NCBI GenBank assembly: GCA_910579075.1
Contig: CAJTSV010000001.1
Coordinates: 11,304 to 75,303 of the forward strand
Length of the DNA: 64,000 nt
Direction of reading: 5' to 3'
Source: an uncultured Eubacterium sp.
GTDB taxonomy: Bacteria; Bacillota; Clostridia; Lachnospirales; Lachnospiraceae
Shown: in pieces, positions 9,234 through 18,599 of the stretch
How positions within the stretch are numbered: the stretch's first letter is position 1
How the letters are laid out: the number at the start of each line of letters is the position of its first letter
The notes under the pieces: generated by a model
Seen by the model: only the letters and a program-made list of their open reading frames with translations
What the model was told of the DNA's origin: nothing
The model's database searches: none
Program-made: the position numbers and the translations under genes

Positions 9234-9977
9234 TTATGCCATCTTTGTACAGACACAATAAATACTTGAACACAATTCCGGGTACTGCTGCCCCAGAGAA
9301 AAACATCCATCCAGATATTCTTTTGAAATAATATCTGTCCCTAACAGCCTGTCCCATTGAAAATTTGCGAGTGCCTTAAAAAATATACCCGATTTATGTA
9401 TCACATTCAGCTCAGCATTTTTGATTTCAGACTCCAGCGTGTCCAGACTGTATGTAATCCTATGCCCGTGTGCCCGCTCTGCTTCTGTAACCGCTGCATT
9501 AGATTCTATGAGCCCCATTTTAACAGCAATTTGTCTGGAAGGTGCATTCGCATTCGGACATGCCACAAATAAAACCCCTTTTTCTGAAAGCCACTCATTT
9601 TTAATTTTTTTCAGCAGCTCCACGCGGTCATCTATATGTTCCAAGACGTGTGTTAAAAATATATTATCATATTTTTTATGTAATTTTGCTTCCTCAAACC
9701 GTGATTCCACGAATTCTATATGTCCATAAGGCTTTAAGCGTTCCCTCGCAATACAGACAGCTTCCCCAGATGCTTCCACGCATGTTATTTCATCAAATAT
9801 AGCTGCAATACGCTCTGTAAATGCCCCTTGAAAACAGCCCAGTTCTAATGCATTTCCTTCTTTTATAAATGGCAGAAATGATTTTATCATATATGGATGC
9901 ATGACATCAAAGTCAAAATGATATGCATATTTCCTTGTCTCATTATCCCTGCTTTCTGTATCATAATCTCGTTTCAT
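9234..9977 (-). CDS. class I SAM-dependent methyltransferase
   Basis: Motif I LELGCFQGAFTERIA, followed by ITCVEAS. 247 aa. Confidence 0.7.
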   Translation of the reverse strand: MKRDYDTESRDNETRKYAYHFDFDVMHPYMIKSFLPFIKEGNALELGCFQGAFTERIAAIFDEITCVEASGEAVCIARERLKPYGHIEFVESRFEEAKLHKKYDNIFLTHVLEHIDDRVELLKKIKNEWLSEKGVLFVACPNANAPSRQIAVKMGLIESNAAVTEAERAHGHRITYSLDTLESEIKNAELNVIHKSGIFFKALANFQWDRLLGTDIISKEYLDGCFSLGQQYPELCSSIYCVCTKMA

Positions 9978-10910
9978 TTATAATTTCTCCAATTCTGCTA
10001 ATCCAAAACCATTTTTTCCAAACTCATTTCCATTATACAGCAGATAGAGTTTCCCGTCCATTTCAAAAATATTAGGATAACACTGCATCTGACTGTCCCA
10101 TTCATCTTCCGCGATTGGAAAATTCAATTTCTCATCACATCTGTTCCAATGATTCAAAGAATCCGAACAAGCATATCCCAATCGGTAAGTATTATTTTCA
10201 TTATTACGAAAATCATATGAATATCTGTAGCAGAAAAACATATGATACTGGTTATTAAAAAAGATAACACATGGCAGTGCCTGCGACTCATCCTTTATCC
10301 TGTCTGGTATTATCTGCATACCATCCCTGCGCCAGTCAATGCCATCATGCGATACAGCATGCCCTATTTTATAAATCCGTTCTGGTTCATCTTCTGGCTT
10401 ATACTGCTTCCACTCTTTTCCATAAATATACCACATATGAAATCTGTCTTCAAACCATCTTACAAATGCATCAATCACTAAAAAGGGTTCATCCAGGGAA
10501 CTGGACATTACCGGGCCATCACCCAGTCTGTGGAAGCTCTTTCCGCCATCCTCCGATACTGCAATACCGATTCCAGTATCTACAGAGACAGAAACTCTCC
10601 TCGACCACCCGCTGGTATAAGCACATATCTTATTGTCAAATTGCAGCGGGCTGAACGGAAAAATACCATGTTCATCAAAACATCCCAGAGCCCCATCTGG
10701 AATAATCTGCTTTTGCACGTTTAAAACATCGGAAAAATCTTTCGTAAAATCTGCCAGGCAGACATAGCTAATCAATTTATTCTTATCATGTCTGCAAGCC
10801 GAAAAATAAATTCTGACAAAATCGTGAAATACTACTGCCTGTGGCGATTTTGCATATTCAATTCCATATTTTTCGGGAATAAATATCCTTCCATACTTTC
10901 TCCATATCAC
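9978..10910 (-). CDS. predicted beta-propeller, glycoside-hydrolase-like protein (GH32/43/68-clan-like), paralogue 1
   Basis: Repeated blade-like segments (SEDGGKSFHRLGDGPV, SHDGIDWRR, LYLLYNGNEFGKNGFGLAELE). About 40% identical to the neighbour 10907..11893. The family call is from memory of such propellers and was not searched. Confidence 0.4.
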   Translation of the reverse strand: MIWRKYGRIFIPEKYGIEYAKSPQAVVFHDFVRIYFSACRHDKNKLISYVCLADFTKDFSDVLNVQKQIIPDGALGCFDEHGIFPFSPLQFDNKICAYTSGWSRRVSVSVDTGIGIAVSEDGGKSFHRLGDGPVMSSSLDEPFLVIDAFVRWFEDRFHMWYIYGKEWKQYKPEDEPERIYKIGHAVSHDGIDWRRDGMQIIPDRIKDESQALPCVIFFNNQYHMFFCYRYSYDFRNNENNTYRLGYACSDSLNHWNRCDEKLNFPIAEDEWDSQMQCYPNIFEMDGKLYLLYNGNEFGKNGFGLAELEKL

Positions 10911-11893
10911 TTTAATTCTCCTTTCAATTCAGCGAGTCCAAATCCATATTTTCCCACTTCATTGCCAAGATACAGCATGTATGTTCTTCCATCGCAGACA
11001 AATACGTGTGGATATGCCGTCATCTCACTGTCCCACGCGCTGCTGTTCGAAGCCACATCAATTCCCGCCATAGCATCATTACGTTCCCAATGATATAAAT
11101 CCTCAGACCTTGCATATCCGATTCTATAGCTATTTGCAGGGTTTCTTCGAAAATCAGTATGATTCCGGTAGCAGAAAAACATATGGTATGCCTGATTCTG
11201 ATAAATCACATCCCCACATGCCTGTGACTCTGTCTCTCCAAGCCTGTTCTGCATAATATCACGGTTACACTTTTCCCAGTGAATACCATCTGTTGAAACT
11301 GCCATGCGAAGTTTATAACATATCTCCGGCCGGCCTTCTTCTATGCTCCAATATTTGCCAGCTGAATAAAACAAATACCATTTTCCATCGTAAATGCGGA
11401 TTTTAGGAGAACATATCATAAACGGTTCCTGCAGCGATGCTGTTAAAACCGGCCCTCTCCCTATCTTATAAAAAGATTCCCCACCATCTTCACTTACTGC
11501 ACAGCCAATAGATGCGTTAAACGGAACAGACTCGCATCTGGTAATTCCCCCATAATACCCAAAAATTTTACCCTGATACCGGACGACTGAAAACGGATAC
11601 GTTCCAAATTCATCAAACTCACCTAATCCCCCCAGTTCCAATACCGGTCGGTCTCCTATTTTTAATATATGGCAAGGATTTTCGCGCGCTAAATCTACAT
11701 AGGATATTCTGCTGACTGTCTGCCCAGACTCATCTGGTTTTTCCCTGCTGCAAAAATATACCCGGATAAAATCATCAAACAGCAGAGTATTCTCGCCCTG
11801 TGCAAAATTCCATCTCCAAGCTGGCCTTTGTTCACACTCTGCCGGATTAAATATAATCCCTTTCTTTTCCCATTGAAACATAAAAGCCTCCAT
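10907..11893 (-). CDS. predicted beta-propeller, glycoside-hydrolase-like protein, paralogue 2
   Basis: SEDGGESFYKIGRGPV, STDGIHWEK, YMLYLGNEVGKYGFGLAELK. Overlaps the paralogue by 4 nt (ATGA). Confidence 0.4.
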   Translation of the reverse strand: MEAFMFQWEKKGIIFNPAECEQRPAWRWNFAQGENTLLFDDFIRVYFCSREKPDESGQTVSRISYVDLARENPCHILKIGDRPVLELGGLGEFDEFGTYPFSVVRYQGKIFGYYGGITRCESVPFNASIGCAVSEDGGESFYKIGRGPVLTASLQEPFMICSPKIRIYDGKWYLFYSAGKYWSIEEGRPEICYKLRMAVSTDGIHWEKCNRDIMQNRLGETESQACGDVIYQNQAYHMFFCYRNHTDFRRNPANSYRIGYARSEDLYHWERNDAMAGIDVASNSSAWDSEMTAYPHVFVCDGRTYMLYLGNEVGKYGFGLAELKGELK

Positions 11894-11906
11894 TTTTACA
11901 GTACTA

Positions 11907-13022
11907 TTATTTTTTTCTGCATTTTATTATTATGTCTGCTATTTTTTCTATATTTTCCATTTCCAGTTTTTCATAAAGCGGAAGCACAAGAACACGCTTT
12001 GACAAATACCGTGCCTGCTCCAAAGAAGCATTTCTATATTTATTTTTAAAACAAGCCTGGTCCGATGTTAAGGGGTAGAAATATTTTCGGGAGTAAATAT
12101 CATTTTCCTTTAAATACTCATACAGCTCATCCCTGGTCATTCCATATTCTATATCTATCATAACAGGAAAATATGCATAATTTTTATTTGCATCCTGACT
12201 GCCTTCAAAAAAATGAATCCCCTCTGCATTTTGAAGACACTTTTGATAAAAATCATGCCTTTTCCTGCGTTCTTCCATAGCATGCTGAATATGTTTTAAA
12301 TTACAAAGTCCCATAATGGCTGAAAATTCATTCATCTTCGCATTTGCACCAACTTCTGTAACCAGTTCCTCTCCATGAATTCCAAAGTTTTTTAAATTAT
12401 ACAGCCTGTCATAAATTTTATGGTCAGAAAAAGAAACAGCCCCGCCTTCAATTGTATTGAATACTTTTGTCGCATGAAAGCTGAAAATAGATGCATCTCC
12501 AAAACTCCCAATTCCGTTTCCCTTATATTCGATTCCAAACGCATGAGCCGCATCATAAATCACCTTGAGACTGTAACGTTCAGCAATCTTTTGTATAGCT
12601 TCTACATTGCATATATTCCCATATACATGTACTGGAATAATTGCCGCTGTATTTTCTGTAATTAAATCTTCTATTTTTGTTTCATCTATTGTTCCATCAC
12701 TTAATTTTACATCACAGAAAACCGGTTTCAGATGATTTCTGACAATCGCATGTGTTGTGGAAATAAATGTGAAAGGAGTAGTAATTATTTCCGCTCCTTC
12801 TGGAAAATGAAAAGCCTGAATGGCCATCTCTAATGCCATATGACCATTTACCATCAGGGAAAGTTCTGGAACCTTTAGAAATTCCCGTAATTTTTCTTCC
12901 AGTTCTTTATGATAACATCCCATATTTGTAAGCCAATGGCTCTCCCATAAGGGCCTGACTGCTTCTGTAAATTCTTCAAAAGAAGGCAGGGAAGACTGCG
13001 TAACATATATTTTTTTTTGCAT
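11907..13022 (-). CDS. DegT/DnrJ/EryC1/StrS family sugar aminotransferase
   Basis: EIITTPFTFISTTHAI, VHVYGNICNV, IYDAAHAFG, FSFHATKVFNTIEGG (PLP lysine). 371 aa. Confidence 0.8.
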   Translation of the reverse strand: MQKKIYVTQSSLPSFEEFTEAVRPLWESHWLTNMGCYHKELEEKLREFLKVPELSLMVNGHMALEMAIQAFHFPEGAEIITTPFTFISTTHAIVRNHLKPVFCDVKLSDGTIDETKIEDLITENTAAIIPVHVYGNICNVEAIQKIAERYSLKVIYDAAHAFGIEYKGNGIGSFGDASIFSFHATKVFNTIEGGAVSFSDHKIYDRLYNLKNFGIHGEELVTEVGANAKMNEFSAIMGLCNLKHIQHAMEERRKRHDFYQKCLQNAEGIHFFEGSQDANKNYAYFPVMIDIEYGMTRDELYEYLKENDIYSRKYFYPLTSDQACFKNKYRNASLEQARYLSKRVLVLPLYEKLEMENIEKIADIIIKCRKK

Positions 13023-13027
13023 GAATC

Positions 13028-14344
13028 TCAGAGTCCTTTCACTGCTTCTAATACATCCTTTATCTGTACCGCTATTTCGGCATCTCCAATCAAAAGACGT
13101 TCAAACTGGTTTTCCGCCTTTTTACTCTGCATATCATAATAAGCTTTATCTTCTACATATCGTTTTATAATTGCTGGATATTGTGAAATATCATCACACT
13201 GAAAATCTTCCCCTGCACAGGAGACTATATCTCCTGTTTTTAAGCACACTACTGGTTTCCCCTCATTCATTGCAGCGACACCAGCCCCTCCATTCCCAAG
13301 TCCTGGTGTCGCTGCAAGCAAATCTATCAATGCGACTGCTTCTGCAAATTCTTCCTGCCTGCCTAAAAAGCGTAAACGCTCTTTACACTTTACATGTTCA
13401 GCTACCTTTTTCTCAAATACTTCAACAGTTCTTCCAATAAAAATCAGCCAAATATCTTTTACGGTATGTAAATGCACAATCTGCTTTAATACATCCAAAA
13501 ATGATTCTGTACAATCACTTTGAAGCCGGTTACCTATAATACCAATACAAAATGCATTTTCTGGAATATCAAAGCAGTCTCTTTTTAATTTTCCTTTAGA
13601 CTTTTGATAAGATTTAAGCCCGATATTAATGTCCCGGATTATAACATGATGTTCTAATAAAAATTGTTTATCCTCTTTATAAAGTTCTGATGCCCGTTTA
13701 AAATAATTTACCACCATATCAGCGGGAATCCCTGGATACCCTTCACTAAACTGAGTATACAGCATAGGCGTAAATTGTTTCATTGCACCTGCAAACGCTG
13801 GCATGCCGCCAAAACACCAGACACAGTACGGCTTTTTCTGATATAAATAATTCATTAACTGTTTCATTTCCTGAATATTTTCCTGATTCAGCATTATCTG
13901 ATATCCACGATATGTAACTTCTTTTTTTTGAAGTGTAAATTCTCCTGTCAGCCTTTCATCATAATCCATCTCATAACATTGAAATCCCATGCTCATGCAC
14001 TTGGTCATATCTGATGTTTTAATCTCCAAAATTAAAAATACCTCTTTGTTAAGATATTTTCTAATTATTTTGCAGATTTCCAGTATAATCCGGCTGGGTG
14101 CATGTCTTTCAGATAATAACTGCGTTGCAGCTACAACAATAAAATCCGAATTCCTTTCACATACAGGAATCCTTTTATATTCGATTTTCAGCATCTTCTG
14201 CATGGTTTGTATAAAATATTCAGCGTGATTCCAATTCTCTGTAATTGCTATTTTTTTCCCATTCAAAAAGCAAACACTTGAGTACTGATTTCTTAATAAC
14301 AGACACTGAAAGAAATCCTGTTTACTGCCCAGTGCTTCACACAA
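13028..14344 (-). CDS. C-terminal half (GT-B domain) of a split FlmG-like TPR-glycosyltransferase
   Basis: Collinear with aa 475-912 of 15861..18599 (IGIIGNRLQSDCTESFLDVL..LLAATPGLGNGGAGVAAMNEGKPVVCL). The ORF-track start is a TTG. The frame is open upstream as far as the poly-G tract. Confidence 0.6.
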   Translation of the reverse strand: MCEALGSKQDFFQCLLLRNQYSSVCFLNGKKIAITENWNHAEYFIQTMQKMLKIEYKRIPVCERNSDFIVVAATQLLSERHAPSRIILEICKIIRKYLNKEVFLILEIKTSDMTKCMSMGFQCYEMDYDERLTGEFTLQKKEVTYRGYQIMLNQENIQEMKQLMNYLYQKKPYCVWCFGGMPAFAGAMKQFTPMLYTQFSEGYPGIPADMVVNYFKRASELYKEDKQFLLEHHVIIRDINIGLKSYQKSKGKLKRDCFDIPENAFCIGIIGNRLQSDCTESFLDVLKQIVHLHTVKDIWLIFIGRTVEVFEKKVAEHVKCKERLRFLGRQEEFAEAVALIDLLAATPGLGNGGAGVAAMNEGKPVVCLKTGDIVSCAGEDFQCDDISQYPAIIKRYVEDKAYYDMQSKKAENQFERLLIGDAEIAVQIKDVLEAVKGL

Positions 14345-14493
14345 TAATCCGTAAACATGTGCCAGTTCATCCTCTTTTCTATTCTTCTTGTATGCCGTTT
14401 CTATTTTTGCATATTCTTTTAAAATGTGTACATATCGATAATCTAAAAATGCATTATTCTGTTCTGTATTTCTCAGATTATCTATACACGGTT

Positions 14494-15771
14494 CTACCCC
14501 CCCCGCTTCCAGAAAGGCAGTTTCATTACAGCATAATCAGAATACATGCACATTACCATTGCTATACAAATATGCAGATGCCCTGCCAAGGATAAATTCC
14601 CCTTTATTTCCTTTATCTCTTGAAAATCACAAATACTGCGATACAAATTCATATTATAGGTAATACCCGTCAGGTAATTAATCTTTGCTACCGCAGAAAC
14701 TGCTTCATATCCTTTCTCATATATCCTGTTAGATAATATAACAGCATCTTCCCCATATCCCGATTCTAAAAATACACCGCATGTTAAATGCGATTTTATA
14801 AAATTTAAATACTCGCCCAATTGTTCCCACAGCATAATATCACAGCCATTTATGAGTATGGCAAAATTCCCCCATGCAGACTCTAAAAGTTTAAATATGC
14901 CTTGTTCACAGCTTTGTTCTTTCTCCAGATTGCAGACACGTATTCTGGAATCTTTGATTTGTTTATATTCTTCTGTTTTACGGCAAAGAATGACAAATTC
15001 TATCTCACTGTCATATGGGCACTGCAATAACTGAATTACATTCTGTATAGCAGTATTTTTATCAGATAAGTCAATAATACAAACTGATAAAAATATATTA
15101 TTATGTTCAGGCATTAATTGCGTTATCCTTTTTTGATGAAAAACATTTATCATATTCCAATACTTATTTTTATTTTCAGTTACCATCTGCTTTGGAAGAT
15201 AGAATTCATTATATTCTTCAAAATATATTTTCATATATCTATCATCTGGGAAAACAATTATATTTTCAAGATATAACTCACTAAAACGAGGCAGTTTGAA
15301 AAAAGAAGCAAACTGGGGTTCCAGCATTTCATTTAATAACAGATATACTGTATTCCAGCTTGTTTCTTTTAAATCTGGTATAATCTGCCTGATATCCCAA
15401 ATATCTGTATATAAAATGCTATCAAATTCAACATTTTCTCCCTGAATCGGATTTTTTTCGAGAAGGAATACGCCTTCAAATTCTTTTGTTTTTGAATTAA
15501 ATACAAAAAACTGTTCTTCACTGACAGGTATAAAGTCTATCGCACATGCCTCATAAGCAAGCCGGGTAAATCCAAGATTATTATGTTCATAATTTCGCTT
15601 AAATTCTTCCTCATTTGGCATTATAAAGCAATCGTACAAAATATTTAAAATCTTTTCTTTCTCGTATTCCAGCTCATATGCCTGAATAAAAGCATGAACA
15701 GCTTGTTCATATTGATTCAGTTCAAAAAAGAGAATCCCTTGATTAAAATATAATTCTCCAGCATTTCCCAT
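14494..15771 (-). CDS. N-terminal half (TPR-like + degenerate GT-A-like region) of the same split gene
   Basis: Collinear with aa 1-425 of 15861..18599 (MGNAGELYFNQGILFFELNQYEQAV against MNKGESFFKQGIQFFESEQYEQAV). Terminates immediately after the G8 tract. Confidence 0.6.
   Translation of the reverse strand: MGNAGELYFNQGILFFELNQYEQAVHAFIQAYELEYEKEKILNILYDCFIMPNEEEFKRNYEHNNLGFTRLAYEACAIDFIPVSEEQFFVFNSKTKEFEGVFLLEKNPIQGENVEFDSILYTDIWDIRQIIPDLKETSWNTVYLLLNEMLEPQFASFFKLPRFSELYLENIIVFPDDRYMKIYFEEYNEFYLPKQMVTENKNKYWNMINVFHQKRITQLMPEHNNIFLSVCIIDLSDKNTAIQNVIQLLQCPYDSEIEFVILCRKTEEYKQIKDSRIRVCNLEKEQSCEQGIFKLLESAWGNFAILINGCDIMLWEQLGEYLNFIKSHLTCGVFLESGYGEDAVILSNRIYEKGYEAVSAVAKINYLTGITYNMNLYRSICDFQEIKEIKGNLSLAGHLHICIAMVMCMYSDYAVMKLPFWKRGG
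14497..14504 (-). repeat. poly-C(8) on plus strand / poly-G(8) on the coding strand
   Basis: Read directly: gttcta-cccccccc-gcttcc. Confidence 0.95.
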
Positions 15772-15860
15772 TCAGCCACCCCACCATACCTGTATTTGTA
15801 ATCTATCCTGTTACCAGCATATTGTCATACATCCTGACACTCCTGACTTTATTGCCATCT

Positions 15861-18599
15861 TTATGTTTCTTTCACCATTTCCAGCACATTCTTTATCTGT
15901 ACAGCTATTTCTTCATCTTGAACCAAGAGACTTTCAAACTGCTTTTGTACCTTTTTACTCTGCATTTCATAATAGTCTTCATCTTCTATGTATCGTCTTA
16001 TCATTTCTGGATATTGAGTAATATCGCCACACTGGAAATCATCGCCTGTACAGGCAGCTATATCACCTGAATTTAAACAAACCACTGGTTTGCCTTCATT
16101 CATTGCTGTCACACCAGCGCCTCCATTTCCAAGTCCCGGTGTTGCTGCAAGCAAATCTATCAATGCAACAGCTTCTGCAAATTCCTTCTGATATCCTATA
16201 AACCGAAGCTGTTCACTTTCTGTAACATATTCTGCCACTTTTTTCTCAAATGCTTCGCTTGTTTCTCCAATAAAAATCAGGCAGATTTTTTTTGCTGTAT
16301 GTATTTGTACAATTTTCTTCAGCACATTCAAAAATGCATCTGTGCAGTCACTGTGAAGTCGATTTCCCGCAATCCCTATGCAAAATGCATCCTCTGGAAT
16401 ATCAAAGCTGCTCCGTTTCAGCTTGCCTGATGATTTTTGATAGGAATTCATCCCTATATTAATATCCTGAATAATAACATTATGTTCTAGTAAAAAATTT
16501 TTTTCTTCTGGATATGACGCAGCAGCCCGTTCAAAATAATTAACCACAATATCCGTGACAAATCCAGGATAGCCTTCATTAAATTGGGTATAAACCATAG
16601 TCGTAAACTGTCTCATAGCACCTGCAAAAGCCGGAATACCACCAAAGCACCAGACACAATACGGCTTTTTTTGATACAAATGCTGCATAACCTGCTTCAT
16701 TTCCCTGATATTCTGATGTGCAAGTATTACCTGATATCCATAATAGGTATCTCCATTATATGGATATCCAAAATTTCCTGTCAGCGTTTTTGTATAATTT
16801 ACTTCATGCCCGAAGAACCCTAAATCCCAGCATTTTTCTTCTTCTGTAACTGTAATCTCAATCATCAGAAATACTTGTTTCTGAAGGTATTTTTCAATCA
16901 GCCTGCAAATTTCCAATATAATTCTTGTCGGTGCATGTCTGACCGACAGCAGCTGCGCTGCCGCTATCACTATAAAATCAGCATTCCGTTCCTGTAATGG
17001 TATTTTAGAATAATTCATATTCAGTGTTTCCTGCATAGCCTGCATAAAGTATGCAGAATGATTCCAAACATCCTCTATATGCGGCCTTATGCCATTCATA
17101 AAACAACGGCCCATATACTGCTGCTTTAAAAGCAGACACTCAAATAAATCATTCTTTTTCATAACTGCACCAGATAATAAATCATAAATATAATCCAGCT
17201 CATTCTTACCATTTCTTAATTCCATGTTTCTCTTATATACTTCTGGCAAAATATTCCTGCTTCGGAATTCCAAAAATGCCTTTTTCTGTTTCTCTAAAAT
17301 TTCATCCTTTCTTTCATGCAAAGATTCCTTTGATTTTGTTTTCCACAATAACATCCCCGTAGTCGCACAGCTGGAAAATCTGCATAACAATGTTGCTATG
17401 CAAATATGTGTATATTCTTCCAGTAACCGATTTTCCTTCACCTTATCCATAAAATCCAGGCTGCTGATGCTGCGAAATAATTTCATGTTATATGTAATTC
17501 CCGTTAAATATTGCTGCTCTGACAAAGCACGCAAGGCATCATATCCCTTTGCACTTTCTTTTTCAGGCAGCCTGGAAAATATTTCTCCATCTCCTGATTC
17601 CAGAAATACACCGCTTACTGCATGCGCTTTAATAAAACTTAAATATTTTTCCAGTTCATCAACAATCATACTGTCGGTTTCGTACATGAAAACCGCATAC
17701 TGGCCCTGCACCAGTTCCAGCGCTTTCCATATTGCTGATGCATATCCATCTCCATTTTCCAACTCGCAAAAGCGGACTCTGGCATCCTTTATCTGTTCAT
17801 ATTCTTTCGGTCTGTTCTGCAATATAAGAATCTCAATTTCACTATCATAAGGACATTTTAATAACTGCAAGGCATTCTGCACAGCCACTGAATGATTCCT
17901 GAAGCTTAAAATACAAATAGACAAAAAGATATTTTTCCGGTCTGTATCAATATTTTTTACGCGGTTCTCATGCAATCTGTGAATCTGGTTCAGATACTTT
18001 GCCGTTTGATTTGTAACGAGCTGTTTCGGCAGGTAAAATTCCTCATATTCTTCAAAAAAAATCTGCATGTATTTTTCGTTCGGGAATACAACCACATTTT
18101 CCAGATACAATTCATGAAAATGTGGCAGCTTAAAAAAAGAAGCAAATTTCGCCTCCTGCCCGTTTAATAATATATAAACAGTCCCCCAGTAATTTTCATG
18201 CAAATCTGGCAGTATCTGACGAATATCCCATATATCTGTATAAAGAATACTATCAAACCGTACATTTGTACCGCGGACAGGCTTATCTTCTAATTCAATC
18301 AAGCCTTCAAATTTCGCTTCTTCCCGATTAAAAATATAAAAACAAACATCACTCACAGGTATAAAATCCAGCATGCATTCTTCATAAGCAATCCTGGTAT
18401 GCGCAGCGCTGTTGTATTTATAATTATTTCGAAATTCCTGTTCATTCGGGATAATAAAGCAATTATATAAAATATCCAGTATATGCTCTTTCTCATAACT
18501 ATGTTCATATGCCTGAACCAAACATGCTACAGCCTGTTCATATTGTTCTGATTCAAAAAACTGTATTCCTTGCTTAAAAAAACTCTCCCCTTTATTCAT
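15861..18599 (-). CDS. 912-aa multidomain protein: TPR-like N-terminus, degenerate GT-A-like middle, GT-B (GT41-like) C-terminus; candidate FlmG-type flagellin glycosyltransferase
   Basis: Intact version of the 14494..15771 + 13028..14344 pair. The start overlaps the pseC stop by 8 nt. Confidence 0.6.
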   Translation of the reverse strand: MNKGESFFKQGIQFFESEQYEQAVACLVQAYEHSYEKEHILDILYNCFIIPNEQEFRNNYKYNSAAHTRIAYEECMLDFIPVSDVCFYIFNREEAKFEGLIELEDKPVRGTNVRFDSILYTDIWDIRQILPDLHENYWGTVYILLNGQEAKFASFFKLPHFHELYLENVVVFPNEKYMQIFFEEYEEFYLPKQLVTNQTAKYLNQIHRLHENRVKNIDTDRKNIFLSICILSFRNHSVAVQNALQLLKCPYDSEIEILILQNRPKEYEQIKDARVRFCELENGDGYASAIWKALELVQGQYAVFMYETDSMIVDELEKYLSFIKAHAVSGVFLESGDGEIFSRLPEKESAKGYDALRALSEQQYLTGITYNMKLFRSISSLDFMDKVKENRLLEEYTHICIATLLCRFSSCATTGMLLWKTKSKESLHERKDEILEKQKKAFLEFRSRNILPEVYKRNMELRNGKNELDYIYDLLSGAVMKKNDLFECLLLKQQYMGRCFMNGIRPHIEDVWNHSAYFMQAMQETLNMNYSKIPLQERNADFIVIAAAQLLSVRHAPTRIILEICRLIEKYLQKQVFLMIEITVTEEEKCWDLGFFGHEVNYTKTLTGNFGYPYNGDTYYGYQVILAHQNIREMKQVMQHLYQKKPYCVWCFGGIPAFAGAMRQFTTMVYTQFNEGYPGFVTDIVVNYFERAAASYPEEKNFLLEHNVIIQDINIGMNSYQKSSGKLKRSSFDIPEDAFCIGIAGNRLHSDCTDAFLNVLKKIVQIHTAKKICLIFIGETSEAFEKKVAEYVTESEQLRFIGYQKEFAEAVALIDLLAATPGLGNGGAGVTAMNEGKPVVCLNSGDIAACTGDDFQCGDITQYPEMIRRYIEDEDYYEMQSKKVQKQFESLLVQDEEIAVQIKNVLEMVKET

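Noticed and set aside
13010-13018. Poly-T/A runs of 8-9 nt (also about 35552..35560, 46167..46176, 16286..16293 and others), considered as additional phase-variation tracts
   Set aside because: A/T runs of this length are expected in one-third-GC DNA. Those I checked are in frame (Lys-Lys-Lys codons) and do not coincide with broken ORFs. The G/C runs are different on both counts.
17224-17850. 208-aa plus-strand ORF inside the 912-aa gene
   Set aside because: It is antisense to a gene whose reading frame is validated by a paralogue. Its composition is S/F/L-rich and low complexity.
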